A stretch of 64,000 nucleotides of DNA from NCBI GenBank assembly GCA_016182555.1, contig JACPGJ010000008.1, positions 28,272-92,271 on the forward strand, in the 5' to 3' direction. The notes under the pieces were generated by a model. The model made no database searches. It saw only the letters and a list, made by a program, of their open reading frames with translations, and was not told the origin of the DNA. A program made the position numbers and the translations under genes. This DNA is from Candidatus Kerfeldbacteria bacterium (GTDB taxonomy: Bacteria; Patescibacteriota; Patescibacteriia; UBA9570; XYC2-FULL-38-9). This document shows positions 28,099 through 38,462 of the stretch, piece after piece; position 1 is the stretch's first letter, and every line of letters begins with the position of its first letter.

Positions 28099-29106
28099 AT
28101 GTTTTTTCGGAAAATAGGCATCGATTTAGGCACAGCAAATACGCTCGTTTACGTTCCAAAACGAGGGATTGTTATTAATGAGCCATCGGTTGTTGCTATT
28201 TCAGTAAAAGACCGAAAAGTATTGGCTGTAGGCAATGAAGCTAAAGAAATGCTCGGGCGAACACCAGACACTATTGTGGCTCAAAAACCTTTGAAAGATG
28301 GAGTTATCGCTGATTATAAAACGACTGAAAGCATGTTGCGCTACTTTATCAATAAAGCGCTGGGCGGCGTACGTATTTTTGCCCCAGAAGTGATGATTGC
28401 GGTACCCGCAGGCATTACCTCAACCGAACGCCGCGCAGTAATTGATGCAACAATTCAAGCTGGTGCAAAGGCCGCCTACATTATTAAGCAACCAATTGCT
28501 TCAGCGATTGGCGCCGGTATTCCTATCGGTTCAGCTTCTGGGCACATGGTCATTGAAATTGGTGGGGGAACGTCAGAAATTGCGGTTATTTCTCTGGGCG
28601 GCATTGTCGCCAATACCTCTGTTCGTATTGGCGGAACGAAATTTGATGCGGCTATCCGTGAACTCATGCGTAAAAAACATAATCTAGCCATTGGAGAACG
28701 AACAGCAGAAGAATTAAAAATTCGCATCGGTTCTGCACTACCGCTCAAAGATCCGATGAGCATGGATGTTCGCGGTCGAGATGTGATTACTGGCTTGCCA
28801 CGTACAACAACGGTGACTTCTGATGATATTACAGAAGCGATTCAAACCGAATTACATGAATTAATTGAGGCGGTGAAATCGGTGCTCCAAGAAACACCTC
28901 CAGAACTGGCGGCAGATGTGATTGATAAAGGGATGGTGCTATCCGGTGGCAGCGGCATGTTGCGTAATTTAGACGAACTCCTGAGCCGTGCAACAGACGT
29001 GCCAGCCTATGTTGCCGATGATTCGTTATTGAACGTTGTCAAAGGAACAGGCATTGCGTTAGAAAATTTGGAATCCTACAAACGTTCAATAATGGAGAAT
29101 AAATGA
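28099..29106 (+). CDS. mreB: Rod shape-determining actin-like protein MreB/Mbl, paralog 1
   Basis: IGIDLGTANT, NEPSVVA, PLKDGVIAD, ERRAV, TPPELAAD, LSGG. Confidence 0.93.
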   Translation: MFFRKIGIDLGTANTLVYVPKRGIVINEPSVVAISVKDRKVLAVGNEAKEMLGRTPDTIVAQKPLKDGVIADYKTTESMLRYFINKALGGVRIFAPEVMIAVPAGITSTERRAVIDATIQAGAKAAYIIKQPIASAIGAGIPIGSASGHMVIEIGGGTSEIAVISLGGIVANTSVRIGGTKFDAAIRELMRKKHNLAIGERTAEELKIRIGSALPLKDPMSMDVRGRDVITGLPRTTTVTSDDITEAIQTELHELIEAVKSVLQETPPELAADVIDKGMVLSGGSGMLRNLDELLSRATDVPAYVADDSLLNVVKGTGIALENLESYKRSIMENK

Positions 29107-29149
29107 TGGTGAATCACAAAACAGCAAATTGTTTTTTCATACAACATAT

Positions 29150-30262
29150 ATGATTATTGGGATTGATGCTTCACGCGCCAATAGCCTTACTCGCACCGGT
29201 ACAGAATGGTATTCCTACCACGTCATTCAAGAATTAAAAAAATTGATTCCCGCAGAACACGAAGTGGTGCTCTATTCAAAAGAGCCGCTTCGTGCAGATT
29301 TAGCTGATTTACCAGCGCATTGGCGATCACGCGTCTTACATTGGCCGCCAAAATTATTGTGGACGCAATTTCGACTCTCGCTTGAAATGTTGCTTCATCG
29401 CCCAGATGTGTTGTATATCCCGGCGCATACTATTCCCTTGATTCATCCCAAAAAAATTGCACTCGTCGTGCATGATGTCGGTTTTGAGCGTCAGACGGAG
29501 CTGTATTCAACCAAAGAAAAAGCATATCATCGTTTTGCCATGAAGCTTGCGGTGAAATATGCGACAAGCATTATCACGGTTTCAGCATTTTCAAAATCCG
29601 AAATTGTGGATGTATATCATATAGACCCAAAACGAATTACGGTTATTTTCAATGGTCTGAATAATTATGAATATGATTCGGCATCTATACCTTTTTCATC
29701 CCTTGAACAACGCTTACACATCCGCAAACCATACTTATTATTTATTGGTCGTGTTGAGCAGAAAAAAAACATTCCTTTTCTTATTGATATATTCGCTATT
29801 CTTAAAACGCAGTATCATTTCTCTGGGCAATTAATATTAGCCGGCTCACCAGGATTTGGTCATGATGACGTGATGAATCGCATTGCCGCACATCAGCTGA
29901 AGCAGGATGTTATTCAAACTGGTTGGATAGAAGAACATGAATTACGAACATTGATGCAGAATGCGACGCTTTTTGTATTTCCTTCTGCGTACGAAGGTTT
30001 TGGCATTCCCATTTTGGAAGCCATGCAAGCGGGTATTCCGGTGGTGTGCTCAGCGATACCAGCATTGCAAGAAGTTGGTGGAGAGGCCGCATGCTATATG
30101 GATATCCACTCATCCCACTCGGCAGCAGAAAAAATCAATGCACTCTTAGCAGCTCCAGACCAAATGATGACATTACGTCAAAAAGGCACAGAGCGAGTGA
30201 AGCAGTTTTCATGGTCTGCAACCGCGGCGCAAACATGGAAAACTATTTCCACGCTATTATGA
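29150..30262 (+). CDS. Glycosyltransferase family 4
   Basis: IGIDASRA..RTGTEWY, VHDV, GRVEQKKN, EGFGIPILEAM. Confidence 0.92.
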   Translation: MIIGIDASRANSLTRTGTEWYSYHVIQELKKLIPAEHEVVLYSKEPLRADLADLPAHWRSRVLHWPPKLLWTQFRLSLEMLLHRPDVLYIPAHTIPLIHPKKIALVVHDVGFERQTELYSTKEKAYHRFAMKLAVKYATSIITVSAFSKSEIVDVYHIDPKRITVIFNGLNNYEYDSASIPFSSLEQRLHIRKPYLLFIGRVEQKKNIPFLIDIFAILKTQYHFSGQLILAGSPGFGHDDVMNRIAAHQLKQDVIQTGWIEEHELRTLMQNATLFVFPSAYEGFGIPILEAMQAGIPVVCSAIPALQEVGGEAACYMDIHSSHSAAEKINALLAAPDQMMTLRQKGTERVKQFSWSATAAQTWKTISTLL

Positions 30263-31152
30263 ATAGAGAACGATTACCATCCATGATTGCTGCATGGCCG
30301 AAGCAATGGAACGCTATACAAGAATTGGTCCGTTCTGGTACAATGCATCATGGATACGTTATCACAGGAAGTACAGATGCGCCCCTGCATCTTTTTCTCG
30401 AAGCGTGGTCCGCTTTCGTTCTTTGTACAAAAAGGATCACTTCAACAGAGGGCGACCAGCAATGTGGCCAGTGCCTTAGTTGCGTGCAATTCAATAAGCA
30501 TCTTCATCCAGACCTGCTCATCGTGCAGCCGGAACCAGGTACAGTATTCGGTGTGGATTCTGCACAGCGTGTTCGTGAGCACCTGCTTTTTTCGCCTATG
30601 CTGAGCACGAAGCGTATTGCCATTATTTACGATGCGCATGTATTGAGCACTACGGCAGTAAATGCACTGCTAAAAATAATAGAAGAACCGCCGGCATCGG
30701 CTATGATTCTGCTATCAACCACTCATCTGGAACAATTACCAGCTACTCTTCGGTCAAGGGTACATACGATGTATCTGCCACCGTCAAACGCAGTAGATGA
30801 AGAGGAAAAAACACTGGAATGCAAAGATTTTTTTCTTGCCAATATCGTACAACGGCAACAAATGGTTCAACAGCTTTTTTCTCAAGAATCTGATAGCAGT
30901 CTCGATTCTACTCAGCTTGCTCAAGTCATTCGACAGATGGAAACATTCATGCGCAACCTTCTCCTTGTTCAGTATGGTGTAGAAAGCGCGACAAATCAAA
31001 AATGGAATGCACAAGAATTACATCAGCTGGCACAACAATACCACGGAGAAGAAATTCAGCATTGGTTAGAACGGTTACATCAATGCCAAGAGATGCTCAG
31101 CCAAAAAGTAAATAAAAAAATGATTCTTGATTATTTGATCACTTCTCTCTAA
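30259..31152 (+). CDS. holB: DNA polymerase III delta' subunit
   Basis: Zn module C...CGQCLSC, HPDL, AVNALLKIIEEPP, LPATLRSR. Confidence 0.85.
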   Translation: MNRERLPSMIAAWPKQWNAIQELVRSGTMHHGYVITGSTDAPLHLFLEAWSAFVLCTKRITSTEGDQQCGQCLSCVQFNKHLHPDLLIVQPEPGTVFGVDSAQRVREHLLFSPMLSTKRIAIIYDAHVLSTTAVNALLKIIEEPPASAMILLSTTHLEQLPATLRSRVHTMYLPPSNAVDEEEKTLECKDFFLANIVQRQQMVQQLFSQESDSSLDSTQLAQVIRQMETFMRNLLLVQYGVESATNQKWNAQELHQLAQQYHGEEIQHWLERLHQCQEMLSQKVNKKMILDYLITSL

Positions 31153-31156
31153 TCCT

Positions 31157-32266
31157 ATGAAACAGAAAAAACATCGTATCGCTTCATGGAGTGTTCTGCT
31201 CGTGAGTTTGCTATTTTTAGGCGCGTCGTGTGGTGGCACATCAGATGGCGGTTTTTTTGTCTCAACAGATTCAGGTACGAGCTGGGCGCGTAAAATTTTT
31301 ATCGCACAGCAAAATAAAAAAACACTCACTATTGCCAATGTCAGTGTTGGGAAAATTACTGTTGATCCGACAAACCCATCCGTAATATATATCGCTTCCA
31401 AAAATGCAGGCATATATAAAACGGAAACGGGTGGAGATCAATGGCGAGCATTACCACTCAAAGTCACCCAAGTACGTGACATAGCCGTGGATCCCAAAGC
31501 CCCAGCTACTGTCTATGCACTCGTCGACGCCAATATTCTACAAACCACTGATGGAGGAGATCATTGGCAAACAGTATATACTGATGCACAGCAAGCAATT
31601 ATCACCCATATCGCTATTGATTGGTTTAGCTCGAATCGAGTATTTGCGACCACCTCTATTGGTACGGTGTTATTTAGCGAAGATGCTGGGCAGCATTGGC
31701 GAGTGGTTTACGAAGTAGACGAGCCATTAGTCGGTATTCTTATTAGTACTGTTGATAGCCGAATTGTGTATGTGTTGGAATTAGATAAAGCGGTACACAA
31801 AACCATTGATGGCGGACAGACATGGGAAAATGTTTTTGATGGAGAAGGGTATAAAGCATTTGAAGAGAATAATGATAGAAATAATGTCGATGATATTCGA
31901 ACATTTGCGATGGATCCCAATGCACCACTCACACTGTACGTTTCTACCAATGCTGGTATTATTAAAACCACCGATGGGGGAGATAGTTGGAGTTTTATAG
32001 ATACTCTTTTGGCGCAAGATGCGGTACAAAATTTGCTGATTAAAAATATTACTGTGCAGCCGGGGAATTCTCAAAGCATTTTTTTCACGGTTGGTCGCTT
32101 GATTCATAAAACCACTGACGGTGGTCATACGTGGCAAACCATTGAAGATTTTATTTCCTCACGCCCGATTACCTCAATCGCTATCCCAACACAAAATACA
32201 ATCTATGCAGGAGTTGAACAAGCAGAAAAGAAAAAATGGAGTTTATTTCAAATTGGACCTAAATAA
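31157..32266 (+). CDS. BNR/YCF48-like beta-propeller putative lipoprotein
   Basis: Signal ending LFLGASC; repeated (S/T)xDGGxxW Asp-box motifs. Confidence 0.82.
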   Translation: MKQKKHRIASWSVLLVSLLFLGASCGGTSDGGFFVSTDSGTSWARKIFIAQQNKKTLTIANVSVGKITVDPTNPSVIYIASKNAGIYKTETGGDQWRALPLKVTQVRDIAVDPKAPATVYALVDANILQTTDGGDHWQTVYTDAQQAIITHIAIDWFSSNRVFATTSIGTVLFSEDAGQHWRVVYEVDEPLVGILISTVDSRIVYVLELDKAVHKTIDGGQTWENVFDGEGYKAFEENNDRNNVDDIRTFAMDPNAPLTLYVSTNAGIIKTTDGGDSWSFIDTLLAQDAVQNLLIKNITVQPGNSQSIFFTVGRLIHKTTDGGHTWQTIEDFISSRPITSIAIPTQNTIYAGVEQAEKKKWSLFQIGPK

Positions 32267-32274
32267 TTATCTTT

Positions 32275-32811
32275 ATGGAAACAGATTTTTTTGAACAAAC
32301 AATCACTCACTTACATACGGAGCTCAATATGCTGCGTACAAACCGTGCAACCCCGGCGATGGTAGAAGATATTACCGTTCTCGCATATAACACCAAAATG
32401 TCCTTACAGGAACTCGCAAGCATTACTACCCCTGAAGCGCAAACATTAGCTATTCAACCATGGGATAAATCGTTAACGAAAGCTATTGAAAGTGCATTAC
32501 GAGAAAGTGATATGCAGTTGAATCCTGTGGTAGATGGAGAGATGATTCGTATTTTTTTCGCTCCACTCACGCAAGAACGGCGCAAAGAATTAGTGAAAGT
32601 TGTTCATGAAAAAGGGGAAGAGGCGCGTATTGCCATTCGCCGTACTCGAGAAGAATTAATTAAGAACTTAAAAGCGCAAGAAAAGACAGGAACGCTTTCT
32701 GAAGATGAATATTTCCGACAAGAAAAAGAAGTTCAAAAAATGGTGGATACCTTCAATGAAAAAGTGCAACGCCTGACCGCGGCAAAAGAGAAAGAAATCA
32801 TGACCATTTAA
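32275..32811 (+). CDS. frr: Ribosome recycling factor
   Basis: LRTNRATP, IQPWDK, LNPVVDG, LTQERRKELVK, KEKEIM. Confidence 0.95.
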   Translation: METDFFEQTITHLHTELNMLRTNRATPAMVEDITVLAYNTKMSLQELASITTPEAQTLAIQPWDKSLTKAIESALRESDMQLNPVVDGEMIRIFFAPLTQERRKELVKVVHEKGEEARIAIRRTREELIKNLKAQEKTGTLSEDEYFRQEKEVQKMVDTFNEKVQRLTAAKEKEIMTI

Positions 32812-32815
32812 TCCA

Positions 32816-33943
32816 ATGAGTACAATCATTATTTTCATTATTGTTCTCGGGTTCTTGGTCTGCATTCACGAATTTGGCCATTTCATTGCGGCCAAACGAG
32901 CGGGGATTCAAGTAGACGAATTTGGTTTCGGTTTTCCGCCGCGAATTATCGGGAAAAAATTTCGCGGAACGCTGTATTCTTTGAATTGGATTCCTTTGGG
33001 TGGCTTTGTGAAAATTAAAGGTGTTGCGGGTGATGACCCAAATGCGCATAAACAATTGCCGCACGGGCCAGATAGTTTTATTGGTCAAACATTTACGCGA
33101 AAATTCTTCATTCTCTTTGCTGGAATTGGTATGAACTTGCTGTTTGCTGTAGTTTTATTTTCCATTATTTTTAGCATCGGAATGCCCAGTGATCCCCACA
33201 CCGCCCCATCCGGTGGGAAAATATTGCAGCAGCAAGTAGTTATTTCTTCTATCCTATCAGATGGTCCTGCGGCACAAGCGCAACTGCAGACCGGTGATAT
33301 TGTATTGGATGTGAATGGAGAACCTATTGACGAATCAGACACCCTGCGTTCATTTTCTACTACACATCTGAACGAAGCGATAAATCTCCACATCCAACGT
33401 GAAAAGAAAGATATAACGGTCTCAATCACTCCAACAGCATTATCGTATCAAGACCAAGAATTTGTTGGTATCGGTGTTGGCTTGCAAGATTTCGCTGTCA
33501 TCCGTTATCCGTGGTATCGTTCTGTTGGATTAGGTGTCACTACAACAACTTCAACCACTGCACAAATTTTCCTTTCTCTTTATGAATTAGTCAAAAATAT
33601 TTTTACGACGGGAACAGTCAGTGAAGATATCTCCGGTCCGATTGGTATTGCCGTATTGACCCGCCAAGTCGCAGAACTAGGCTTCATCTATCTTCTGCAG
33701 TTTATGGCATTGCTATCAATTAATTTGGGGATATTTAATTTACTGCCTATCCCAGCGTTAGATGGTGGCCGGATTGCTTTTGTTATCCTGGAAAAAATTC
33801 GTCGTAAGCCTGTAGATCAACGCATTGAAGGGATCGTGCATACTATTGGTTTCCTTCTGTTGTTGGTATTAATTTTATTGGTCACGCTCAAAGATATTTC
33901 ACAATATCACATTTTTGGTTTCTTCAAAAGTCGCTTTTTTTAG
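32816..33943 (+). CDS. rseP: RseP-like site-2 intramembrane metalloprotease with PDZ domain
   Basis: HEFGH, GFGFPP, IPLGGFV, NLLPIPALDGG. Confidence 0.93.
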   Translation: MSTIIIFIIVLGFLVCIHEFGHFIAAKRAGIQVDEFGFGFPPRIIGKKFRGTLYSLNWIPLGGFVKIKGVAGDDPNAHKQLPHGPDSFIGQTFTRKFFILFAGIGMNLLFAVVLFSIIFSIGMPSDPHTAPSGGKILQQQVVISSILSDGPAAQAQLQTGDIVLDVNGEPIDESDTLRSFSTTHLNEAINLHIQREKKDITVSITPTALSYQDQEFVGIGVGLQDFAVIRYPWYRSVGLGVTTTTSTTAQIFLSLYELVKNIFTTGTVSEDISGPIGIAVLTRQVAELGFIYLLQFMALLSINLGIFNLLPIPALDGGRIAFVILEKIRRKPVDQRIEGIVHTIGFLLLLVLILLVTLKDISQYHIFGFFKSRFF

Positions 33944-33980
33944 GTGCTTTTTTTAGGTGAATACAATAATTGTTCATTGT

Positions 33981-34009
33981 TTGACAGGTGATTGCTATAT
34001 CGATATACT
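33981..34009 (+). promoter_or_regulatory. sigma70 promoter TTGACA-17-TATACT for mreB-mreC-mreD-mrdA
   Basis: Near-perfect consensus, 18 nt before ATG 34028. Confidence 0.75.
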
Positions 34010-34027
34010 ATATCAGCTATATTTTTT

Positions 34028-35074
34028 ATGTTGAAACGTTTTTTTGGATCACTTTCAAAGGATTTAGGAATCGATATCGGCACATCGAATACTCTTGTAT
34101 ATGCAAAAGATAAAGGGATCGTCATTCAAGAACCATCGGTAGTAGCCATTAACACTCGTAATGATCAAATCATCGCTGTTGGCCATGCCGCAAAAGAGAT
34201 GATTGGGAAAACCCCAGCGCATATTGTTGCATCTCGTCCGTTATTGGATGGTGTCGTTTCTGATTTTGAAGTAGCAGAGAAAATGTTGAAATATTTTATT
34301 GATAAAGTGCATCGTGAAACTTTTTCTGTTATGCCTCGGCCTCGGGTCGTTATTACCATGCCATTAGATATTACGGAAGTGGAGCGCAAAGCCGTTGAAG
34401 ATGCGGTAAAAAATGCTGGTGCACGTGAAGTATTTTTGATTGAACAACCGATGGCTGCAGCGATCGGTTCACGCGTACCGATTCAAGATGCTACGGGGCA
34501 TATGATTGTGGATATTGGTGCAGGGACAACCGGCATTGCAGTTATCTCTCTTGGTGGTATTGTGGCATGGAAATCATTACGCTTAGGTGGCGATGAATTG
34601 AATAAAAATATTATTAATTACATTCGTGATCATTGTAATGTATTGCTTGGCGATAAAACGGCTGAACAAGCAAAAATCAGTATCGGTTCTGCGTATAGCG
34701 ATGATGAAGTGCTGGAAGCCAAGGTGCGTGGACGAGATTTACTATCTGGATTGCCTCGTGAAATTGTAATCAATAGTAATCATATTCGAGAAGCAATGGG
34801 CAGGTCATTGAACACCATTGTGGATAACATTAAAACAGTTATTGAATCCACACCTCCGGAGTTAGTGGCCGATATCTATGAACGCGGTATTTTACTTTCT
34901 GGTGGAACAGCATTGCTGCGTGGGCTCGATAAAAAAATTGCTCATGAAGTACGTATTCCTGTACAAGTGGTCGAAGATCCTTTAACGGCGGTTGTCCGTG
35001 GCACTGGTATTGTGCTCGAAGATATTGATGCTTCGAAAGATCTATTTGTGACCACGCAACCTGATCTTATTTAA
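34028..35074 (+). CDS. mreB: Rod shape-determining protein MreB, paralog 2 (in the mre operon)
   Basis: LGIDIGTSNT, EPSVVA, RPLLDGVVSD, VERKAV, DIGAGTT, TPPELVAD. Confidence 0.95.
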   Translation: MLKRFFGSLSKDLGIDIGTSNTLVYAKDKGIVIQEPSVVAINTRNDQIIAVGHAAKEMIGKTPAHIVASRPLLDGVVSDFEVAEKMLKYFIDKVHRETFSVMPRPRVVITMPLDITEVERKAVEDAVKNAGAREVFLIEQPMAAAIGSRVPIQDATGHMIVDIGAGTTGIAVISLGGIVAWKSLRLGGDELNKNIINYIRDHCNVLLGDKTAEQAKISIGSAYSDDEVLEAKVRGRDLLSGLPREIVINSNHIREAMGRSLNTIVDNIKTVIESTPPELVADIYERGILLSGGTALLRGLDKKIAHEVRIPVQVVEDPLTAVVRGTGIVLEDIDASKDLFVTTQPDLI

Positions 35075-35087
35075 CTAGAACAAATCC

Positions 35088-35906
35088 ATGACCTCTGTCT
35101 GGAAGAATAGACGAGCGACTGCTCCATGGGTAATCCCGGCGCTGATTAGTGTTGTGCTCATATTGCATTATTCGCATATCACACGGCCGCTGGATAATAT
35201 TATTACCTGGATCATACAGCCATTAGAAACGCGCACCTATCTTCTTTCCCAACGTTTTTTTGGCAACCAAGATCGTACGGAACAAAACCTCTCTTACAAT
35301 CAATTGCTCGCTCAACATACGGAAGATCAAGATACTATTCAAAACTTAATTATTGAAAATGCGCATTTACAGACATTAGTAGATGAAGTTCATTTATTAG
35401 AAGAGCAAAATACATTTTTACAAGAACGATCGTTTCAAGTAGTCACTGCACGAGTGACCAGTCGCTCAACCGATCAATTATCCCAAACAATGGTTATTAA
35501 TCGTGGTTCCAAACAGGGGATACAAACCGGATTACCGGTAATTGTGCAGAACGGTTTATTAGTGGGCATGATTCGTGAAGTGCAAGATTATTCAGCAGAA
35601 GTGTTATTATTGACCAGTTTTGATGCTCGTGTTAGCGGATTAGTCCAAAATGACAGTCAGAGTCCTGGTATTGTGACAGGAGCGCATAATCTCACTTTGG
35701 AAATGGATTTTATTCCACAATTTGATTCAGTAACCAGTGGGCAGTCCGTATTTACCAGTGGTACAGATCCCTTTATCCCTGGTGGTTTAGTCATTGGTCA
35801 AATTGCTGAAGTGAAGAGCGATGCTGGTTCTCTGTTTCAACATGCCTCTCTAGAATCCTTGTTTCAACCCGCTGAAATATCTATTGTTTCTATTATTTTA
35901 CCGTAA
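35088..35906 (+). CDS. mreC: Rod shape-determining protein MreC
   Basis: TM plus coiled coil; INRGSKQGI, GLLVG, VFTSG..FIPGGLVIG; follows mreB. Confidence 0.9.
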   Translation: MTSVWKNRRATAPWVIPALISVVLILHYSHITRPLDNIITWIIQPLETRTYLLSQRFFGNQDRTEQNLSYNQLLAQHTEDQDTIQNLIIENAHLQTLVDEVHLLEEQNTFLQERSFQVVTARVTSRSTDQLSQTMVINRGSKQGIQTGLPVIVQNGLLVGMIREVQDYSAEVLLLTSFDARVSGLVQNDSQSPGIVTGAHNLTLEMDFIPQFDSVTSGQSVFTSGTDPFIPGGLVIGQIAEVKSDAGSLFQHASLESLFQPAEISIVSIILP

Positions 35907-35913
35907 GCGCATT

Positions 35914-36444
35914 ATGATGAAGCGTATGCTGACCATGAGTATTTGGATACTGACACTCCTCATCACGGCAGTGCTTTCTATTGCATTCTTTGGTTCATCA
36001 AATTTTTTCGCGCGCGCGATCAATATTCCATTAGTCCTTGGTTTTTCTTTCATTATTTTCCGATATCCCTATCGTGGATATGTTGTGCTTGCTGTTTTAT
36101 TCTATATTGTAGATCTGCATTCCGCGTTGCCATTTGGCATGATGTTGAGCGCCGGGTTATTGGCTGGATGGGGGATTGTATTCGTGCAACAAAACATTTT
36201 AAAAAATTTCGCATTGTACTCTGTAGTGCTGTATACGCTTATCGGAACAGCACTGTATTATCTTCTGCTCATGGTTATGATTCTGTGCGCACAACAACTA
36301 CACATATTGCAATCTGGCACAGTGGATTGGCATACATTTATCGTCACTGCCGCTACACAAATGGTGGTGCACAGCGTACTATTGGTGACCGTGTTCCTTT
36401 TTGTAAAATTTTTCCATCATCGGTTACTGCATCATTCTTCTTAA
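35914..36444 (+). CDS. mreD: Rod shape-determining protein MreD (putative)
   Basis: About 5 TM, DLHSALPFG motif; lies between mreC and mrdA. Confidence 0.75.
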   Translation: MMKRMLTMSIWILTLLITAVLSIAFFGSSNFFARAINIPLVLGFSFIIFRYPYRGYVVLAVLFYIVDLHSALPFGMMLSAGLLAGWGIVFVQQNILKNFALYSVVLYTLIGTALYYLLLMVMILCAQQLHILQSGTVDWHTFIVTAATQMVVHSVLLVTVFLFVKFFHHRLLHHSS

Positions 36445-36454
36445 AGAAAATGAT

Positions 36455-38332
36455 ATGAGCATGAAATCAAACGATCCATTCTTTATTGATACAGGCGATC
36501 AGCAACAAATGACGTTCAATCGGCCAGCAACACAATTTCGTATTCGTTTTCTCTTATGGATCATTGCCTTGTGCATCAGCATTATTATTGCCCGTGTATT
36601 TTTCCTACAAATTGTCTTTGGAAGCGATTATCGCCGTACCGCTGAAGGAAATCGGATTCAAACACACGTCGTAAAAGCACTCCGCGGAGTTATCTATGAT
36701 GCGAAAGGAGAATTATTGGTAAAGAATATTCCAAATTTTAGTTTAACCATCAATGCACAGCAGGCGCTCAATATTAAAAAAGAAGCACGTGAACAACTAG
36801 CGAACACCCTCGCTCATATTGCGCAATTATCACCAGCCGATATTGTAAATGCATTTGATCAAGCCAAGCGAAGTGGACAAAACGTAGTGCTCAAAGACCA
36901 CATTCCGTACACAGATGCGCTCCAAGATATGATTGCTATTCAACAACTGCCCGCTATTTCCGTTGAACCCTTTTACAGTCGGCAATATTTAGGCGGAGAA
37001 CCATACGCGCATTTGTTGGGATATACAGCAAAAATTTCTGAAACTGAATATGCCAATTTGAAAGATAACGGATATTTATTAACGGACGAAATTGGAAAAA
37101 GTGGAGTAGAAAAATCGTATGAACAAGCATTGCGCGGGAAAGATGGTGAGCAAGATATTGAAGTGGATTTTCGTGGAGCACAGCAATCCGTCGTCGCTGA
37201 TGTGGCGCCACAATCTGGTGATGCGGTTTACTTAAGCATTGAGCCAACACTACAGCGGTTGCTCTATGAGAAAATTAAAACCGCTGTTGATGAACAGCAT
37301 TTGCCTGGTGGTTCTGCGGTTGCCATTGATCCTCGAGATGGTCGAGTCCTCGCACTAGTCTCTTATCCTTCTTACGATAACAATACTTTTGCTCAAGGTA
37401 TTTCGCAAGACGCATACGACGCATTACAGAATGATGAACGCCACCCATTGTTTCACCGAAGCATTGCCGGCCAATATCCTTCGGGTTCTACATTTAAACC
37501 GATAGTCGCCGCGGCAGGCCTAGAAGAAGGAGTGGTAACGCCACAAACTACAATAGTCAGTACTGGAGGTTTACAAATAGATATTTATCGCTTTCCTGAT
37601 TGGAAACCGGGTGGACACGGAGTAACCGATTTGAATAAAGCCATGGCTGAATCCGTCAATACCTATTTTTACCTGCTCGGTGGCGGCGATAATAAAACCA
37701 GCACAGGTCTGGGTGTGGAACGTATTACCGCCTATGCACGGCGTTTTGGTTTAGGTGAGCAGGTCGGCATTGATGTTCCAGGTGAAGCCAGCGGATTCTT
37801 GCCAACGAAACAATGGAAAGAAGAATTTAAAAACGAGCAATGGTACATTGGGGATACCTATCATTATGCTATTGGCCAAGGAGATTTATTAGTCACTCCA
37901 CTACAAGTCGCTACGTATACGGCAATCATCGCGAATGGAGGCACGTTTTACCAACCACACGTGGTAGAAAAATTAGTTTCTGAAGCTGATGGAAGTACGC
38001 GAATCATTGATCCCATTATCAGCGACCCACAAGTCGTGAGTAAACCAACTATTGAAGCTGTACGACTTGCCATGCGTGAAGATGTTCTTTCTCCAACAGG
38101 GAGTGGTCGGACACTGCAATCCTTACCCGTATCAAGTGCAGGAAAAACAGGTACTGCACAAACCTACGGCGATGAACCGACCCATTCTTGGTTTACCGTT
38201 TTTGCTCCTTATGAAACCCCAGAGATAGCGTTAACGGTTTTAGTTGAAAAAGCAGGCCATGGATATGGTGCAGCCGTACCAATTGCTCGTGAAGTGTTGC
38301 AAGAATACTTCGTAAATCGTATACCGCAGTGA
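36455..38332 (+). CDS. mrdA: Penicillin-binding protein 2 (class B)
   Basis: RGVIYD, GKSGVE, YPSGSTFK (SxxK), SVN (SxN), KTGT. Confidence 0.95.
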   Translation: MSMKSNDPFFIDTGDQQQMTFNRPATQFRIRFLLWIIALCISIIIARVFFLQIVFGSDYRRTAEGNRIQTHVVKALRGVIYDAKGELLVKNIPNFSLTINAQQALNIKKEAREQLANTLAHIAQLSPADIVNAFDQAKRSGQNVVLKDHIPYTDALQDMIAIQQLPAISVEPFYSRQYLGGEPYAHLLGYTAKISETEYANLKDNGYLLTDEIGKSGVEKSYEQALRGKDGEQDIEVDFRGAQQSVVADVAPQSGDAVYLSIEPTLQRLLYEKIKTAVDEQHLPGGSAVAIDPRDGRVLALVSYPSYDNNTFAQGISQDAYDALQNDERHPLFHRSIAGQYPSGSTFKPIVAAAGLEEGVVTPQTTIVSTGGLQIDIYRFPDWKPGGHGVTDLNKAMAESVNTYFYLLGGGDNKTSTGLGVERITAYARRFGLGEQVGIDVPGEASGFLPTKQWKEEFKNEQWYIGDTYHYAIGQGDLLVTPLQVATYTAIIANGGTFYQPHVVEKLVSEADGSTRIIDPIISDPQVVSKPTIEAVRLAMREDVLSPTGSGRTLQSLPVSSAGKTGTAQTYGDEPTHSWFTVFAPYETPEIALTVLVEKAGHGYGAAVPIAREVLQEYFVNRIPQ

Positions 38333-38389
38333 GAAGGGCCCCTGGTGTTTGACTTATTTTATCACTAAGATTAGCAGTGTTTCTATGGG

Positions 38390-38418
38390 TTGACAGATAC
38401 AGCGAAGTATCCTATCAT
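38390..38418 (+). promoter_or_regulatory. sigma70 promoter TTGACA-17-TATCAT for greA
   Basis: Near consensus. Confidence 0.7.
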
Positions 38419-38462
38419 ATCTTCTAAATCTCTAAAAAGTTAATGGGTATTCCCAGAAGGCA

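Noticed and set aside
30259-31152. Missing Walker A in HolB as a novelty
   Set aside because: Delta' subunits normally have a degenerate nucleotide-binding site.
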